A stretch of DNA of 64,000 nucleotides, taken from contig DIGE01000010.1 in the NCBI GenBank assembly GCA_002419465.1, forward strand, positions 21,699 to 85,698. The letters run 5' to 3'. A program made the translations under genes and the position numbers. Source of the DNA: Geobacter sp. UBA5730. Lineage in GTDB: Bacteria > Desulfobacterota > Desulfuromonadia > Geobacterales > Pseudopelobacteraceae. The notes under the pieces are model-generated. The model saw only the letters and a list, made by a program, of their open reading frames with translations. It was not told the origin of the DNA and made no database searches. Positions 38,872 to 49,307 of this stretch are shown here, piece by piece; positions within the stretch are counted from its first letter, which is position 1, and each line of letters opens with the position of its first letter.

Positions 38872-39747
38872 ATGATTAAAAGCATGACTGGCTATGGTAA
38901 GGGTGAGGCTGAAACTGGAAGTGGCCGTTTTCTGGTTGAGGTGCGCACGGTAAATCATCGCTACGGTGAGGTGACGGTCAAGTTGCCCCGCAGCTTCATG
39001 GCCTATGAACATGAGCTGCGCAAGATCACCGGTAACAGGATAAAACGTGGCAAGGTTGATCTGTTTGTGCAATGGGAAGAGGCCGCCGGGGCTGCCACGG
39101 TGCCGCCGATTAATCTGGCGGCTGCCAGGGGATACCATGCCGCGTTTCTGGAGCTGGCCCACGAGTTGCGCCTGTCGCCGGAAATTTCACTGGCATTGAT
39201 TGTGGCTCAGAAAAATGTGCTACAGGAGCCGGGGAGGGAAGAACAGCCCGATCTGCTGCCCCAGGTGTTGCAGGCGGTAACTGCTGCCCTGGACGGTCTG
39301 GATGCGATGCGCTTGCGGGAGGGCGAGGCCCTGGTACAGGATCTGCGGGAACGCCGTCAAGGTTTGGCCGAGCTGGTGGCCCAGGTGACGGCACGTGCTC
39401 CACAAGTGGTCGAAGAATACCAGGTTAAGTTGCAGCAACGTTTAGTAAAGTTGTTGAATGATACCGAGCTTGATCCCCAGCGTCTGGCCCAGGAGGTGGC
39501 GCTTCTGGCTGACCGTTGTGACGTGACCGAGGAGCTGGTGCGGTTGCAGAGTCACTTCGTACAGTTTGACGAGACCCTTGCCTTGGCTGAGCCCGTTGGC
39601 CGCAAGCTGGATTTTCTGATGCAGGAGTTGAACCGTGAGGTGAATACCATCGGCTCCAAAGCAAATGATGCCACGGTAACCGCCTTGGTGGTGCAGATGA
39701 AGGCTGAGCTTGAACGGATGCGGGAGCAGGTCCAGAATATCGAGTAG
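38872..39747 (+). CDS. yicC: YicC-family stress-induced protein
   Basis: 291 aa. MIKSMTGYG N-terminus and a C-terminal DUF1732-like region (EVNTIGSKAND). Confidence 0.88.
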   Translation: MIKSMTGYGKGEAETGSGRFLVEVRTVNHRYGEVTVKLPRSFMAYEHELRKITGNRIKRGKVDLFVQWEEAAGAATVPPINLAAARGYHAAFLELAHELRLSPEISLALIVAQKNVLQEPGREEQPDLLPQVLQAVTAALDGLDAMRLREGEALVQDLRERRQGLAELVAQVTARAPQVVEEYQVKLQQRLVKLLNDTELDPQRLAQEVALLADRCDVTEELVRLQSHFVQFDETLALAEPVGRKLDFLMQELNREVNTIGSKANDATVTALVVQMKAELERMREQVQNIE

Positions 39748-39971
39748 AAGTGGTCTTTTTCCGCGATCTCGGTGTCAGGTTTCACGTTTGTTTGTGCGGC
39801 GTACGAATGAGTACGCCTCCGCACAAACGCTTACCTTCCTTGACCTCGCGAAAAAATCCTCACTTCTTGGGAAGGTTTGTTTCGTTCTGAGTTCACTAGT
39901 ATAAGTACCGCATTCAGATACGGAAAAATTCTCGTTTCATTCGTTATTATTATTTTCAGAGGTTTCTCGTT

Positions 39972-40580
39972 ATGCACTCCGAAGGTCTCTTAATCGTTAT
40001 TTCAGCCCCTTCTGGAGCCGGCAAGACCACCCTGTGTCATGATTTGACCCAACGGTTTCCGGCCCTGCAGGAGTCGATCAGCTATACCACTCGCCAGCCG
40101 CGTCCCGGCGAGGTGGATGGGGTGGATTATCATTTTGTGTCAGAGGTTGTCTTCCGCCAGATGGTGGCGGAACATGCTTTTATCGAGTGGGCCGAGGTGC
40201 ATGGCAATCTGTATGGCACGGCCATGGCTACCATTGATGAAGCCCGTCGCAACGGGGTGGACATGCTGTTGGATATCGATTGTCAGGGCGCGAAAAGCCT
40301 GAAACAACGGGGGGTGCAAGGGCTGTTCGTGTTTGTGCTGCCCCCCAGCCTGGCTGAACTGCGGAGGCGTCTTGAATCACGTTCATCCGATGCCCGCGAG
40401 GTGATTGAACGCCGCATTGCACGGGCTACCGAAGAGATTCGCGAGGCGCGCTGGTATGACTATATTGTGGTGAATGACCGGCTTGATGAGGCCCAGAATC
40501 TTCTGGCCGCCATTGTGACTGCTGCCCGCGCCACTACCGAGCGGATGCTGGGGCGGGTTGGGAAAATGTTTGATATTTGA
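39972..40580 (+). CDS. gmk: Guanylate kinase
   Basis: SAPSGAGKTT P-loop and YTTRQPRPGEVDGVDYHFV. Confidence 0.93.
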   Translation: MHSEGLLIVISAPSGAGKTTLCHDLTQRFPALQESISYTTRQPRPGEVDGVDYHFVSEVVFRQMVAEHAFIEWAEVHGNLYGTAMATIDEARRNGVDMLLDIDCQGAKSLKQRGVQGLFVFVLPPSLAELRRRLESRSSDAREVIERRIARATEEIREARWYDYIVVNDRLDEAQNLLAAIVTAARATTERMLGRVGKMFDI

Positions 40581-40639
40581 GCTGGTAAGGGTATACTCCG
40601 ATTCTCATATTTGCGTTTGCATGGAAGGAGCAGAAAATT

Positions 40640-40846
40640 ATGGCACGGGTAACAGTTGAAGATTGCCTTGAGAACGTAGAGAACCGCTTCATGCTGGTGA
40701 TGATGGCTTCCAAGCGGGTTAAGCAGCTTTTCAAGGGAGCGCGTCCCCAGGTTGCCACCAAGAACAACCGTTTTGTCGTGACCGCCCTGCGGGAGATTGC
40801 CGCCGGCAAGCTGTCTGCCGAGCTGAGCTCAAAGCGGGCAGCCTGA
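40640..40846 (+). CDS. rpoZ: DNA-directed RNA polymerase subunit omega
   Basis: 68 aa, starting [30 protein letters not shown]. Confidence 0.93.
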   Translation: MARVTVEDCLENVENRFMLVMMASKRVKQLFKGARPQVATKNNRFVVTALREIAAGKLSAELSSKRAA

Positions 40847-40860
40847 TTATGGGTATCCAG

Positions 40861-40893
40861 GGGGTACGCCGGTGTGGCGTACCCCCTTTTTTT
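40861..40893 (+). terminator. Intrinsic terminator or attenuator after rpoZ
   Basis: 10-bp stem GGGGTACGCC / GGCGTACCCC with loop GGTGT, followed by a T7 run. Confidence 0.8.
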
Positions 40894-40943
40894 GTCTTTT
40901 TCCCAATGTTTGTCATCCCGCATAGACCTGCACCTATTCAAGC

Positions 40944-43094
40944 ATGATTCGACTTAATGACATCCTCGATACGGTGGCCAGTTATAACCCCACCGCTGAT
41001 CTGAATCTGATTCGCAAGGCCTACGTCTACTGCGCCAAGGTGCATCAGGGCCAGACCCGCCTGTCGGGTGAACCGTATATCATCCATCCCCTGGAGGTGG
41101 CCGGTATCCTGGCCCAGCTCAAGCTGGACGTCCCCAGTATCGTCACCGGTTTCCTCCACGACACCATTGAAGATACCCTGGCTACACCGGCCGAACTGAC
41201 CGAGATGTTCGGCAGTGAGGTGTCGGATCTGGTGGACGGCGTCACCAAAATCAGCAAGATCCATTTCAAGACCAAGGAAGAGAATCAGGCTGAAAACTTC
41301 CGTAAGATGCTGCTGGCCATGGCCAAGGATATCCGGGTGATCCTGGTGAAGCTGGCCGACCGGCTGCACAATATGCGGACCCTGCAGTTTCAGCCTGAGC
41401 CCAAACAGCGCTCGATCAGCCGTGAAACCATGGATATCTATGCCCCGATCGCTAACCGGCTGGGGATATCCTGGATCAAGGTGGAGCTGGAGGATCTCTC
41501 GTTCCGCTATCTGAATCCCCAGATGTATGACGACTTGTCTACTCGCATTCAATTAAAGAAGCAGCAACGTGAGCAGTACGTTCAGGAAACCCGCGTGATC
41601 ATCGAGGGCAAACTCAAGGATCACGGCATTGAGGGTGAGGTGTCAGGGCGTAGCAAACACCTGTATTCCATCTGGCGCAAAATGGAAAAGCGCAGTGTTG
41701 ATTTTGAAGATATCTACGACCTGACGGCCTTCAGGGTGCTGGTGGATAATGTCAAGGACTGCTACGGGGTGCTGGGGGTGATCCATTCCTCCTGGAAACC
41801 GATCCCCGGACGCTTCAAGGATTATATCGCCATGCCCAAGGGCAATATGTATCAATCACTGCACACCACGGTGATTGGTCCCCACGGCGACCGGATCGAG
41901 GTGCAGATCCGCACCCACGAGATGCATCGGGTGGCCGATGCGGGGATTGCCGCCCACTGGAAATACAAAGAGGGCAAGGGCTATGACGAGAAAGAGGTCA
42001 AGCGTTTTGCCTGGCTGCGGCAGCTGCTGGAATGGCAACAAGAGCTGCAGGATTCCCGCGAGTTCATGGACTCGGTCAAGGTTGAACTGTTTCCGGAAGA
42101 GGTCTACGTCTTTACCCCCAAGGGGGATGTGAAGGGCTTTCCCAAGGGATCCACGCCGATCGACTTTGCGTATGCGGTGCATACCGATGTGGGCCATCGC
42201 TGCGTCGGCGCCAAGGTAAACGGCAAACTGGTGCCGCTCAAACACCAGCTTCAAAATGGCGATATCGTTGAGGTCATCACCTCGCCGCACCACACCCCCA
42301 GCAAGGATTGGCTCAAGATCGTCAACTCCTCCCGGGCCCGTAACAAGATCAGGGCCTGGATCAAGACCGAGGAGCGTAAGCGTAGCATCGTGCTGGGCCG
42401 TGAAATCTGCGAGAAGGAATTCCGTCGTTATTCACTGAATCTCCAGAAAATACAACGGGCAGGTGACTTAAAAAAGGTTGCTCATGAGGTCGGTTACAGC
42501 AGTGAAGATGATCTGCTGGCTGCGGTGGGCTATGGCAAGGTATCGCCGGGGCAGCTGATCGGCAGGCTGGTGCCGGAAGAAAAGCTTAAGGCCAGCCAGG
42601 AGCATAAAGAGTCACGGATTACCGGGGTGATCAACCGGTTAAAGGGAAAGTCCGTCAATGCCGTGGAGGTAGGGGGCATGGAGGATATCATGATCCGCTA
42701 CTCCAAGTGTTGCAACCCCGTGCCTGGGGATGAGATTGTTGGATTCATTACCAGGGGGCAGGGGGTGGCCATCCATACAACGGACTGCCCTTTTGTCCGT
42801 GAGAGCGACCCGGAGCGGCGGATTGAGGTCACCTGGACCAAGGGCAAGAGCGCTGCCTTGCCGGTGCGGGTGCGGGTGCTGTGCCACGATGAAAAAGGAA
42901 TCCTGGCCAACATGACCATGGCCATCACCAATGCCGAGGCCAATATCGCCGGAGCCCAGGTCAAGAGTACAATTGACCAGCGTGGTGAGAATATCTTCGA
43001 GATCAATGTCACCGACCTGGAACATTTGCAGCGAGTGATGAATTCGTTGATGCGGGTGAAGGGCGTGATCAAGGTGGAACGTTTAAGGAGTTAG
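40944..43094 (+). CDS. rel: Bifunctional (p)ppGpp synthetase/hydrolase (RelA/SpoT homologue)
   Basis: 716 aa. It has an HD hydrolase domain (HPLEVA, DRLHNMRTL), a synthetase domain, a TGS domain and a C-terminal ACT domain. Confidence 0.93.
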   Translation: MIRLNDILDTVASYNPTADLNLIRKAYVYCAKVHQGQTRLSGEPYIIHPLEVAGILAQLKLDVPSIVTGFLHDTIEDTLATPAELTEMFGSEVSDLVDGVTKISKIHFKTKEENQAENFRKMLLAMAKDIRVILVKLADRLHNMRTLQFQPEPKQRSISRETMDIYAPIANRLGISWIKVELEDLSFRYLNPQMYDDLSTRIQLKKQQREQYVQETRVIIEGKLKDHGIEGEVSGRSKHLYSIWRKMEKRSVDFEDIYDLTAFRVLVDNVKDCYGVLGVIHSSWKPIPGRFKDYIAMPKGNMYQSLHTTVIGPHGDRIEVQIRTHEMHRVADAGIAAHWKYKEGKGYDEKEVKRFAWLRQLLEWQQELQDSREFMDSVKVELFPEEVYVFTPKGDVKGFPKGSTPIDFAYAVHTDVGHRCVGAKVNGKLVPLKHQLQNGDIVEVITSPHHTPSKDWLKIVNSSRARNKIRAWIKTEERKRSIVLGREICEKEFRRYSLNLQKIQRAGDLKKVAHEVGYSSEDDLLAAVGYGKVSPGQLIGRLVPEEKLKASQEHKESRITGVINRLKGKSVNAVEVGGMEDIMIRYSKCCNPVPGDEIVGFITRGQGVAIHTTDCPFVRESDPERRIEVTWTKGKSAALPVRVRVLCHDEKGILANMTMAITNAEANIAGAQVKSTIDQRGENIFEINVTDLEHLQRVMNSLMRVKGVIKVERLRS

Positions 43095-43102
43095 GAGCGG
43101 GT

Positions 43103-43483
43103 ATGAAGATTATTGTAACCGACCAGGCCCCGGCGGCCATCGGCCCTTATTCGCAGGCAGTACAGGCTGGCGGGTTGCTGTTCTGTTCTGGGCAGATTCC
43201 GCTTGATCCGGTGACCGGTGAGCTGGTCAACGGTGATATCCGTCAGGAGACTGAGCGGGTGATGGAAAATCTGGCAGGGGTGCTGGAGGCTGGTGGCTGT
43301 GGACTCGGACAGGTGGTGCGGACCACCATCTATCTTGTGGATATGGCCGATTTCCCGCTGGTGAATGAGGTATATGGCCGTTATTTCGGTAGTGAGAAGC
43401 CAGCCCGGGCTACGGTGGCGGTGGCAGCCCTGCCCAGGGGGGCCAGGGTGGAGATTGATGCGGTAGCAGTGGTAAAAAACTAA
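43103..43483 (+). CDS. ridA: RidA (YjgF/TdcF) reactive-intermediate deaminase
   Basis: 126 aa with AIGPYSQAV and PARATVAVAALP motifs. Confidence 0.9.
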   Translation: MKIIVTDQAPAAIGPYSQAVQAGGLLFCSGQIPLDPVTGELVNGDIRQETERVMENLAGVLEAGGCGLGQVVRTTIYLVDMADFPLVNEVYGRYFGSEKPARATVAVAALPRGARVEIDAVAVVKN

Positions 43484-43486
43484 ACA

Positions 43487-43514
43487 AGCCGTGCGCAAAC
43501 AAGTGCGCACGGCT
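43487..43514. terminator. Hairpin between convergent ridA and rpmB
   Basis: 10-bp stem AGCCGTGCGC / GCGCACGGCT with an 8-nt loop. T-rich tracts are weak on both sides. Confidence 0.5.
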
Positions 43515-43540
43515 GTTAAGGGTGTGTGTTGCCAGGACTC

Positions 43541-43735
43541 TTAAAGGGCCTTGGTAACGGAGCCGGAGCGGATACAGCGGGTGCAGACCTTGACGGTTGA
43601 CACACTGCCGTTAGCCGCCTTGGCCTTCACCTTCTGCAGGTTGGGGTACCAAGTGGTACGGGTTTTGTTATTGGCGTGGCTGACATTGTTGCCGTTGCTG
43701 GGGCCTTTGCCGCAAATTTCACATTTTCTCGACAT
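43541..43735 (-). CDS. rpmB: 50S ribosomal protein L28
   Basis: 64 aa, starting [34 protein letters not shown]. Confidence 0.95.
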   Translation of the reverse strand: MSRKCEICGKGPSNGNNVSHANNKTRTTWYPNLQKVKAKAANGSVSTVKVCTRCIRSGSVTKAL

Positions 43736-43792
43736 TGGATGTTGTCCTCCCGTAAAAACTGAACGTCAGTTTCTAGCAGAACTCATCTAGGA

Positions 43793-44410
43793 ATGCAAGG
43801 TAAAAAACGACCCATGAAGATTCTCAAGGCATTCTTCTCACTGTTGGTTATAGGTCTCCTGGTGATCATAGCGCTGTTTGTTGATTTTGCCTACAAGACC
43901 TTCTCGGCCCGTCCGCCTGCGGTGCAGGTGGATGCGATTGTGGTGCTGGTCGGCGGCAAGGGCCGTGTGGAGGAGGGGGTGCGTCTGTTCCGGGCAGGCC
44001 GTGCCAACTGGCTGTTTCTGGTGGGGGTGGATCCCACGGTGCGCAAGACGGATCTGTACCGGCAACGTCCCGGTGATCCTTCACCCGATCAGGTGATACT
44101 TGAAAAAATATCACGCAATACCCTGGAGAATGCCCTGTATGGCCGTGACCTGCTCCAGGCAAAAGGGGTCCGCTCACTCTTGCTGATTACCTCCCGTTAC
44201 CACCTCAAACGTTCCACCATTCTGCTGCGCAATGCCTTGCCAGCGGAGGTGGCTATCTATCCCCATCCGGTGGATAGCAGCAATATCAAGCAGAACTGGT
44301 GGTATCACGTTGGCACCTTCCGGTTATTGTTCTCGGAATTTTATAAGTATTGCCTGTTCCGCCTGTTTTTCCTGTTTGCGCCGGGAGAATTACGTCCGCT
44401 GGTGCCATAG
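43793..44410 (+). CDS. DUF218 (YdcF/ElyC-family) membrane-anchored protein
   Basis: An N-terminal TM helix, the DAIVVLVGGKGRVEEG segment and the RYHLKRS motif are typical of DUF218. Confidence 0.75.
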   Translation: MQGKKRPMKILKAFFSLLVIGLLVIIALFVDFAYKTFSARPPAVQVDAIVVLVGGKGRVEEGVRLFRAGRANWLFLVGVDPTVRKTDLYRQRPGDPSPDQVILEKISRNTLENALYGRDLLQAKGVRSLLLITSRYHLKRSTILLRNALPAEVAIYPHPVDSSNIKQNWWYHVGTFRLLFSEFYKYCLFRLFFLFAPGELRPLVP

Positions 44411-44450
44411 CCCCCCTTTTCATTTTTGTCTGAAGCTGCTACATAAACGA

Positions 44451-44481
44451 GGAGCGACTGCTGTCGCTCCTCCAGTTTTTT
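44451..44481 (+). terminator. Intrinsic terminator after the DUF218 gene
   Basis: 8-bp stem GGAGCGAC / GTCGCTCC with loop TGCT, then TCCAGTTTTTT. Confidence 0.6.
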
Positions 44482-44497
44482 CAGAAAGGTTTATACG

Positions 44498-45880
44498 ATG
44501 CGTTATATCAGTACCCGCGGCGGTATTGCGCCGATCCGCTTCAAGGATGCCATCATGATGGGCCTGGCCGATGACGGCGGTCTGCTGCTGCCCGAAACCA
44601 TCCCCACTTTCAGTGCTGCCGAGCTGGAATCCTGGCGTGGTCTGTCTTATCCCCAACTGGCTTTTGAGATTATCTCGCGTTTTGTGGATGATATTCCGGC
44701 TGCCGATTTACGGCGCTTGATCGACCGTTCCTATGCCACTTTCAGTCACCCTGAGGTGACGCCGGTGGTCAGGCAGGACGGCATCGCTATTCTGGAGCTG
44801 TTCCATGGGACTACCCTGGCTTTCAAGGATGTAGCCCTGCAGTTTCTGGGCAACCTGTTCGAGTACATCCTGGCAGAACGCAAGGAGCAGCTGACCATTG
44901 TGGGGGCCACCTCCGGCGATACCGGCAGCGCCGCCATCCATGGGGTGCGGGGCAAGCAAGGGATCACCATCTTCATTATGCACCCCGATGGCAAGACCTC
45001 GCCGGTACAAGCCTTGCAGATGACCTCGGTGCTGGACGACAATGTGCACAATATTGCCATTCAGGGCACCTTTGACGACTGCCAGGATATGGTCAAGGCG
45101 TTGATGAACGATCTGGCATTCAAGCAGCGCCATAAGCTGGGGGCGATCAACTCCATTAACTGGGCGCGGGTGTTGGCCCAGGTGGTCTACTACGTCTATG
45201 CCTGGCTCAAGGTGGCCAAGCCGGGGCAAAAGGTGCTCTACTCGGTGCCCACCGGCAACTTTGGTGATATCTTTGCCGGCTATGTGGCCTGGCAGATGGG
45301 GCTGCCGGTGCAGCAACTGCTGTTGGCCACCAATGAAAACAACATTCTGACCCGTTTTATCAATGCTGGCGATTATTCCTTGAGTCAGGTGGTGCAGACC
45401 GTTTCGCCTTCAATGGATATCCAGGTGGCATCCAACTTTGAGCGTTATCTGTATTACCTGTTCAATAGCGACGCTACACGGGTGGTTACCGCCTTCAGCC
45501 AGCTGAAGGCGGAGGGGAGGATCAGCTTTACTGCAGAGGAGTTGACGCAGGTGCGACGTGATTTCTGTTCGACTTCGGTGAATCGCGCAGAGACCCTGGC
45601 CACCATCGGCGATTTTCTGCAAGAGACCGGCTATCTGCTGGATCCCCACACGGCCGTCGGAGTGAAGGCGGGCCGCGACCGGCTGACAGACGGCGTGCCG
45701 GTGGTCTGTCTGGCCACGGCCCATCCTGCCAAGTTTGGCGAGACGGTGCAGGAGGCAACTGGTCAGCCGGTGCCGTTGCCACCAGCCATTCAGCGGTTAC
45801 AAGGATTACCGACCCGTTGTGCCCTGCTGCCGGCCGACCTGCAGCAGGTACGCGCATTCATAGAAAAAACAGTGGAGTAA
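44498..45880 (+). CDS. thrC: Threonine synthase
   Basis: 460 aa starting MRYISTRG. PLP-lysine context TLAFKDVALQ. Long-form ThrC architecture. Confidence 0.92.
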   Translation: MRYISTRGGIAPIRFKDAIMMGLADDGGLLLPETIPTFSAAELESWRGLSYPQLAFEIISRFVDDIPAADLRRLIDRSYATFSHPEVTPVVRQDGIAILELFHGTTLAFKDVALQFLGNLFEYILAERKEQLTIVGATSGDTGSAAIHGVRGKQGITIFIMHPDGKTSPVQALQMTSVLDDNVHNIAIQGTFDDCQDMVKALMNDLAFKQRHKLGAINSINWARVLAQVVYYVYAWLKVAKPGQKVLYSVPTGNFGDIFAGYVAWQMGLPVQQLLLATNENNILTRFINAGDYSLSQVVQTVSPSMDIQVASNFERYLYYLFNSDATRVVTAFSQLKAEGRISFTAEELTQVRRDFCSTSVNRAETLATIGDFLQETGYLLDPHTAVGVKAGRDRLTDGVPVVCLATAHPAKFGETVQEATGQPVPLPPAIQRLQGLPTRCALLPADLQQVRAFIEKTVE

Positions 45881-45886
45881 CCGACC

Positions 45887-46771
45887 ATGCGGATCGAATG
45901 CCCACATTGCAAGGCCAGTGGGACCATCAACGACCATACCATCCCTGAAGAAGGGATGTATCTGTCCTGCCCGCGTTGCAAGGAAGGCTTCCAGGTCAAC
46001 AAGCCGCGTCGGCAGATGACCTCGGCCTACGCCACCAATACCTGTCCCTCTTGCGGTTACAGCACCTATTGCGAAGAGGTGTTTGACCAGTGCCCCAAGT
46101 GCGGGGTGGTGGTGAAGACCCTGATGGAGCGCAAGCTGAAACAGGAGGCTCGCAGGCGGGAGCAGGAGCTGATGGGGCAACATCCTGGCGTCCCGATTCC
46201 CCCTCCGCCCGTCAGTGGCTCCAAATATCTGCGTGCGGCCGTTCCTGAGGAAACACCGAGGTTAAACCTGAATCTGGCTGGTTTTGCCAACGGCTTTGAC
46301 CCGGTGGCAGCCGTGGGATGGGGTGCGGTCTTGGTGGCGGTTGTCCTGTTGGTGATTGGGATCATGGGGGTGATGAACTACCACGGCAATGACATCCAGG
46401 CCCGGCTGTCAGAGCTTTCAGTGGAGGAGGTTTCGGCCTGGCAGGTCTTTTGGGGCTATGGTTTTATGCCCTGGCTGGAGACACTTTTCGGCGCCGTGGC
46501 ACTGGTGGCGGCCCTCGGGTTCCTACAGCGCTCTGATTGGGGCGCCAGGGCCATGCAGGGGGTTGTGCTGGCGGGGTTGGTGCTGGCGCCATTGTATGAG
46601 CTGGTGATCTATATCGTTTGGGTGGTTAAGTCCATCGATCCACCGTGGTGGGCCTATCTGGTGGAGTTATTCAGTGCCATTTTGTTCTCGGCCCTTTGGG
46701 TCGCGCCGCTGTTGTTTTTGCTGTACTATCTGCGGGGAGATCGTTTCCGTTACAGTTACGCCAACGCTTAG
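45887..46771 (+). CDS. Zinc-ribbon domain membrane protein
   Basis: There are two CxxC...CxxC ribbons (CPHCK...CPRCK and CPSCG...CPKCG). A charged linker and about four TM helices follow. Confidence 0.65.
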   Translation: MRIECPHCKASGTINDHTIPEEGMYLSCPRCKEGFQVNKPRRQMTSAYATNTCPSCGYSTYCEEVFDQCPKCGVVVKTLMERKLKQEARRREQELMGQHPGVPIPPPPVSGSKYLRAAVPEETPRLNLNLAGFANGFDPVAAVGWGAVLVAVVLLVIGIMGVMNYHGNDIQARLSELSVEEVSAWQVFWGYGFMPWLETLFGAVALVAALGFLQRSDWGARAMQGVVLAGLVLAPLYELVIYIVWVVKSIDPPWWAYLVELFSAILFSALWVAPLLFLLYYLRGDRFRYSYANA

Positions 46772-48114
46772 GTTGTTGGCGCACCGCTGTTGCCAGTACC
46801 GCCGCCGCTCGGTTTTTTACGCCGGGGGCGGCTTTTCTTTTTTGCCTCACTGGGGGCAACCGATGCAGCAGCCGGTCTGGTTGAAGGTTTGGTTGACGTT
46901 CTGGAATGGCGCTGTCCGGGGGCGGGACGCCCTGCTGTCGTTGTCGGCACCCTGTATTTGGGGCGCTTGAAGTCATGGACAAACAGTTCATCTTCGGCCC
47001 ACTCCACCGGAATTTTGGTGTGGATGTACTCTTCGATCGCCTCAACATAAAAGGCGCCATCCTCATCGGCCAGGGAGATCGCCTTGCCCTCTGCTCCGGC
47101 CCGGGCGGTACGGCCGATCCGGTGGACGTAATCCTCGGCATCCTGGGGCAGGTCGTAGTTGATCACATGGGAGACCCCGTCGATATGCAGGCCCCGTGAA
47201 GCAACATCCGTGGCGATCAGGATCGGCAGTTCGCCGCGTTTGAACTGCTCAAGAATGTTCAGGCGTTTGCGTTGTTCAACATCGCCGGAGATCACCCGGC
47301 TGGGGAAATCGTTGGCATTCAGCCGGTCCTGGAGCCGCTCGGCCTCGCGCTTGGTGTTGACAAACAGCATGGAGCGGACCATCCCCTCGCGTCTGAGCAG
47401 TCCCAGCAACAGGGGAAATTTTTCCTTGTTGGCCACATGGTAGAGGGTTTGTTCCACCCGTTCGGCGGTCATCTTTTCCGGGGTGACCGAGACCTTCTGG
47501 GGTACGTTCATGAACTCGTAGGAGAGTTCCATCACCCGCTGATTGAGGGTGGCGGAGAACATCAGGTTCTGACGGGCATCAAAGGGAGGTAACCGGCGCA
47601 GGATAAAACGCAGGTCCGGGATAAAGCCCATATCGAACATCCGGTCGGCTTCATCAATCACCAGCATTTCGATATGCTTGAGGGTGTAGACCTTCTGCTT
47701 CAAGTAGTCGATCAGGCGGCCCGGCGTGCCGATCACCACGTCAGCCCCGTCCTTCAGGGCGTTCTTTTGCTTCATGTAATCCACGCCGCCATAGATGGCC
47801 TGGATGGTCAGGCCGCAATGGGCCCCCAGCACCTGGGCATCCTTTTCGATCTGCACCACCAGCTCACGGGTGGGAGCCAGAATCAGGGCCCGTGGACGTT
47901 TGTCGGCCTCAGTGGGGGTCCGTAACAGTTTGGTCAGCAGGGTGATCAGGAAGGCAGCGGTCTTGCCGGTGCCGGTCTGGGCCTGGCCGGCCACATCCTT
48001 GCCGGATAAAGAGAGCGGCAGGGTCTGGGCCTGAATCGGTGTGCAACTGCTGAAGCCGGCATCGATGACGCCCTGCATTACCTGTTGCGGTATATCGAGT
48101 TCGTTAAACTGCAT
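46768..48114 (-). CDS. DEAD-box ATP-dependent RNA helicase
   Basis: Q-motif, AQTGTGKT, DEAD, SAT and HRIGRTARAG motifs, with a basic C-terminal tail. Confidence 0.92.
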   Translation of the reverse strand: MQFNELDIPQQVMQGVIDAGFSSCTPIQAQTLPLSLSGKDVAGQAQTGTGKTAAFLITLLTKLLRTPTEADKRPRALILAPTRELVVQIEKDAQVLGAHCGLTIQAIYGGVDYMKQKNALKDGADVVIGTPGRLIDYLKQKVYTLKHIEMLVIDEADRMFDMGFIPDLRFILRRLPPFDARQNLMFSATLNQRVMELSYEFMNVPQKVSVTPEKMTAERVEQTLYHVANKEKFPLLLGLLRREGMVRSMLFVNTKREAERLQDRLNANDFPSRVISGDVEQRKRLNILEQFKRGELPILIATDVASRGLHIDGVSHVINYDLPQDAEDYVHRIGRTARAGAEGKAISLADEDGAFYVEAIEEYIHTKIPVEWAEDELFVHDFKRPKYRVPTTTAGRPAPGQRHSRTSTKPSTRPAAASVAPSEAKKKSRPRRKKPSGGGTGNSGAPTT

Positions 48115-48286
48115 TATGGGTAGTTGCTCCTTCTGCTGAATGGCTCAGTTAAACAGCTATACACCCTTGGCAGCGTTCAGGCAATGCCAAACCATGGCCT
48201 GACAGCCCTGGAAAGCCAGAAATACTTTGACAAACCAGTCACCGCACAAGTAGGATTGGCAAAATTTACACGAGGTTTTGACAGGC

Positions 48287-49255
48287 ATGCAGGCAGCGCT
48301 GGAGCTGATCGGCAACGATCTCAAATTGGTGGAAGAGCAGTTCAGGAAGGATCTCGCATCAGAGGTCCCGCTGATCCGCAAGGTGGGGGAGTATGTCCTG
48401 TCCAGCGGTGGCAAGCGGATTCGACCTGCCATGTTGCTTCTGGCTGCCCGGCTGTGTAACTACACCGGTAACCAGGCTATTCCGCTGGCCAGTGTGATCG
48501 AGTTTATCCACACCGCCACCTTGTTGCACGATGATGTGGTGGACAGCGCGACGCTGCGGCGTGGACAGGCCTCAGCCAACACCCTGTGGGGCAACGAAGC
48601 CTCGGTGCTGATTGGTGATTTTCTGTTTTCCAAATCCTTTTCCCTGATGGTGGCGGTCGGCAGTCTGGATGTCCTGCAGGTGATGTCCCGGGCCACCACG
48701 GTGATCGCCGAGGGAGAGGTGCTGCAACTGCTCTATACCGGCGACCTTGAGCTGAACGAAGAGAACTATATCGAGGTGGTGCGAGCCAAGACGGCAGTGC
48801 TGTTGTCAGCGGCCTGTCAATCAGGCGCTATTCTGGGTCAGGTTTCGTCTGAGCAGGAGCAGGCTCTGGCCGACTTCGGCATGGAACTGGGTATCGCCTT
48901 CCAGCTGATGGACGATCTGCTGGATTACACCGCCAGCGAAGCTGATTTTGGCAAGAGTATCGGTCACGACCTGGAAGAGGGCAAGATGACCCTGCCGCTG
49001 ATCCACGCCCTGCGCCGGTGTAGTCAGGATGAGCGTGATCAGGTTGCGGCGATTGTTGAAAAGGATGAACTTTCCCCAGAAGAATTCAGTCGTGTTGTCG
49101 CTCTGGTGCAACGTTATGGAGGTATTGACTATACCGTTGAAAAGGCTCGCAGTTGTGTCGCTGCTTGCCGGAGGCATTTGGCCGGTTTTCCCGATAGCGA
49201 GTGTAAGCAGGCCCTGCTGAATCTGGCCGAGTATGTGGTCACCCGTAACTGCTGA
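48287..49255 (+). CDS. ispB: Polyprenyl diphosphate synthase (octaprenyl-diphosphate synthase-like)
   Basis: First and second Asp-rich motifs are present (LLHDDVVD, FQLMDDLLD). ATG 48287 is preferred over TTG 48278 because of its spacing from GAGG. Confidence 0.88.
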   Translation: MQAALELIGNDLKLVEEQFRKDLASEVPLIRKVGEYVLSSGGKRIRPAMLLLAARLCNYTGNQAIPLASVIEFIHTATLLHDDVVDSATLRRGQASANTLWGNEASVLIGDFLFSKSFSLMVAVGSLDVLQVMSRATTVIAEGEVLQLLYTGDLELNEENYIEVVRAKTAVLLSAACQSGAILGQVSSEQEQALADFGMELGIAFQLMDDLLDYTASEADFGKSIGHDLEEGKMTLPLIHALRRCSQDERDQVAAIVEKDELSPEEFSRVVALVQRYGGIDYTVEKARSCVAACRRHLAGFPDSECKQALLNLAEYVVTRNC

Positions 49256-49307
49256 CCCCGTTCTCTGTTGCACCTTAATCTGATTGCATTACCCCGGAGG
49301 ATATGGA

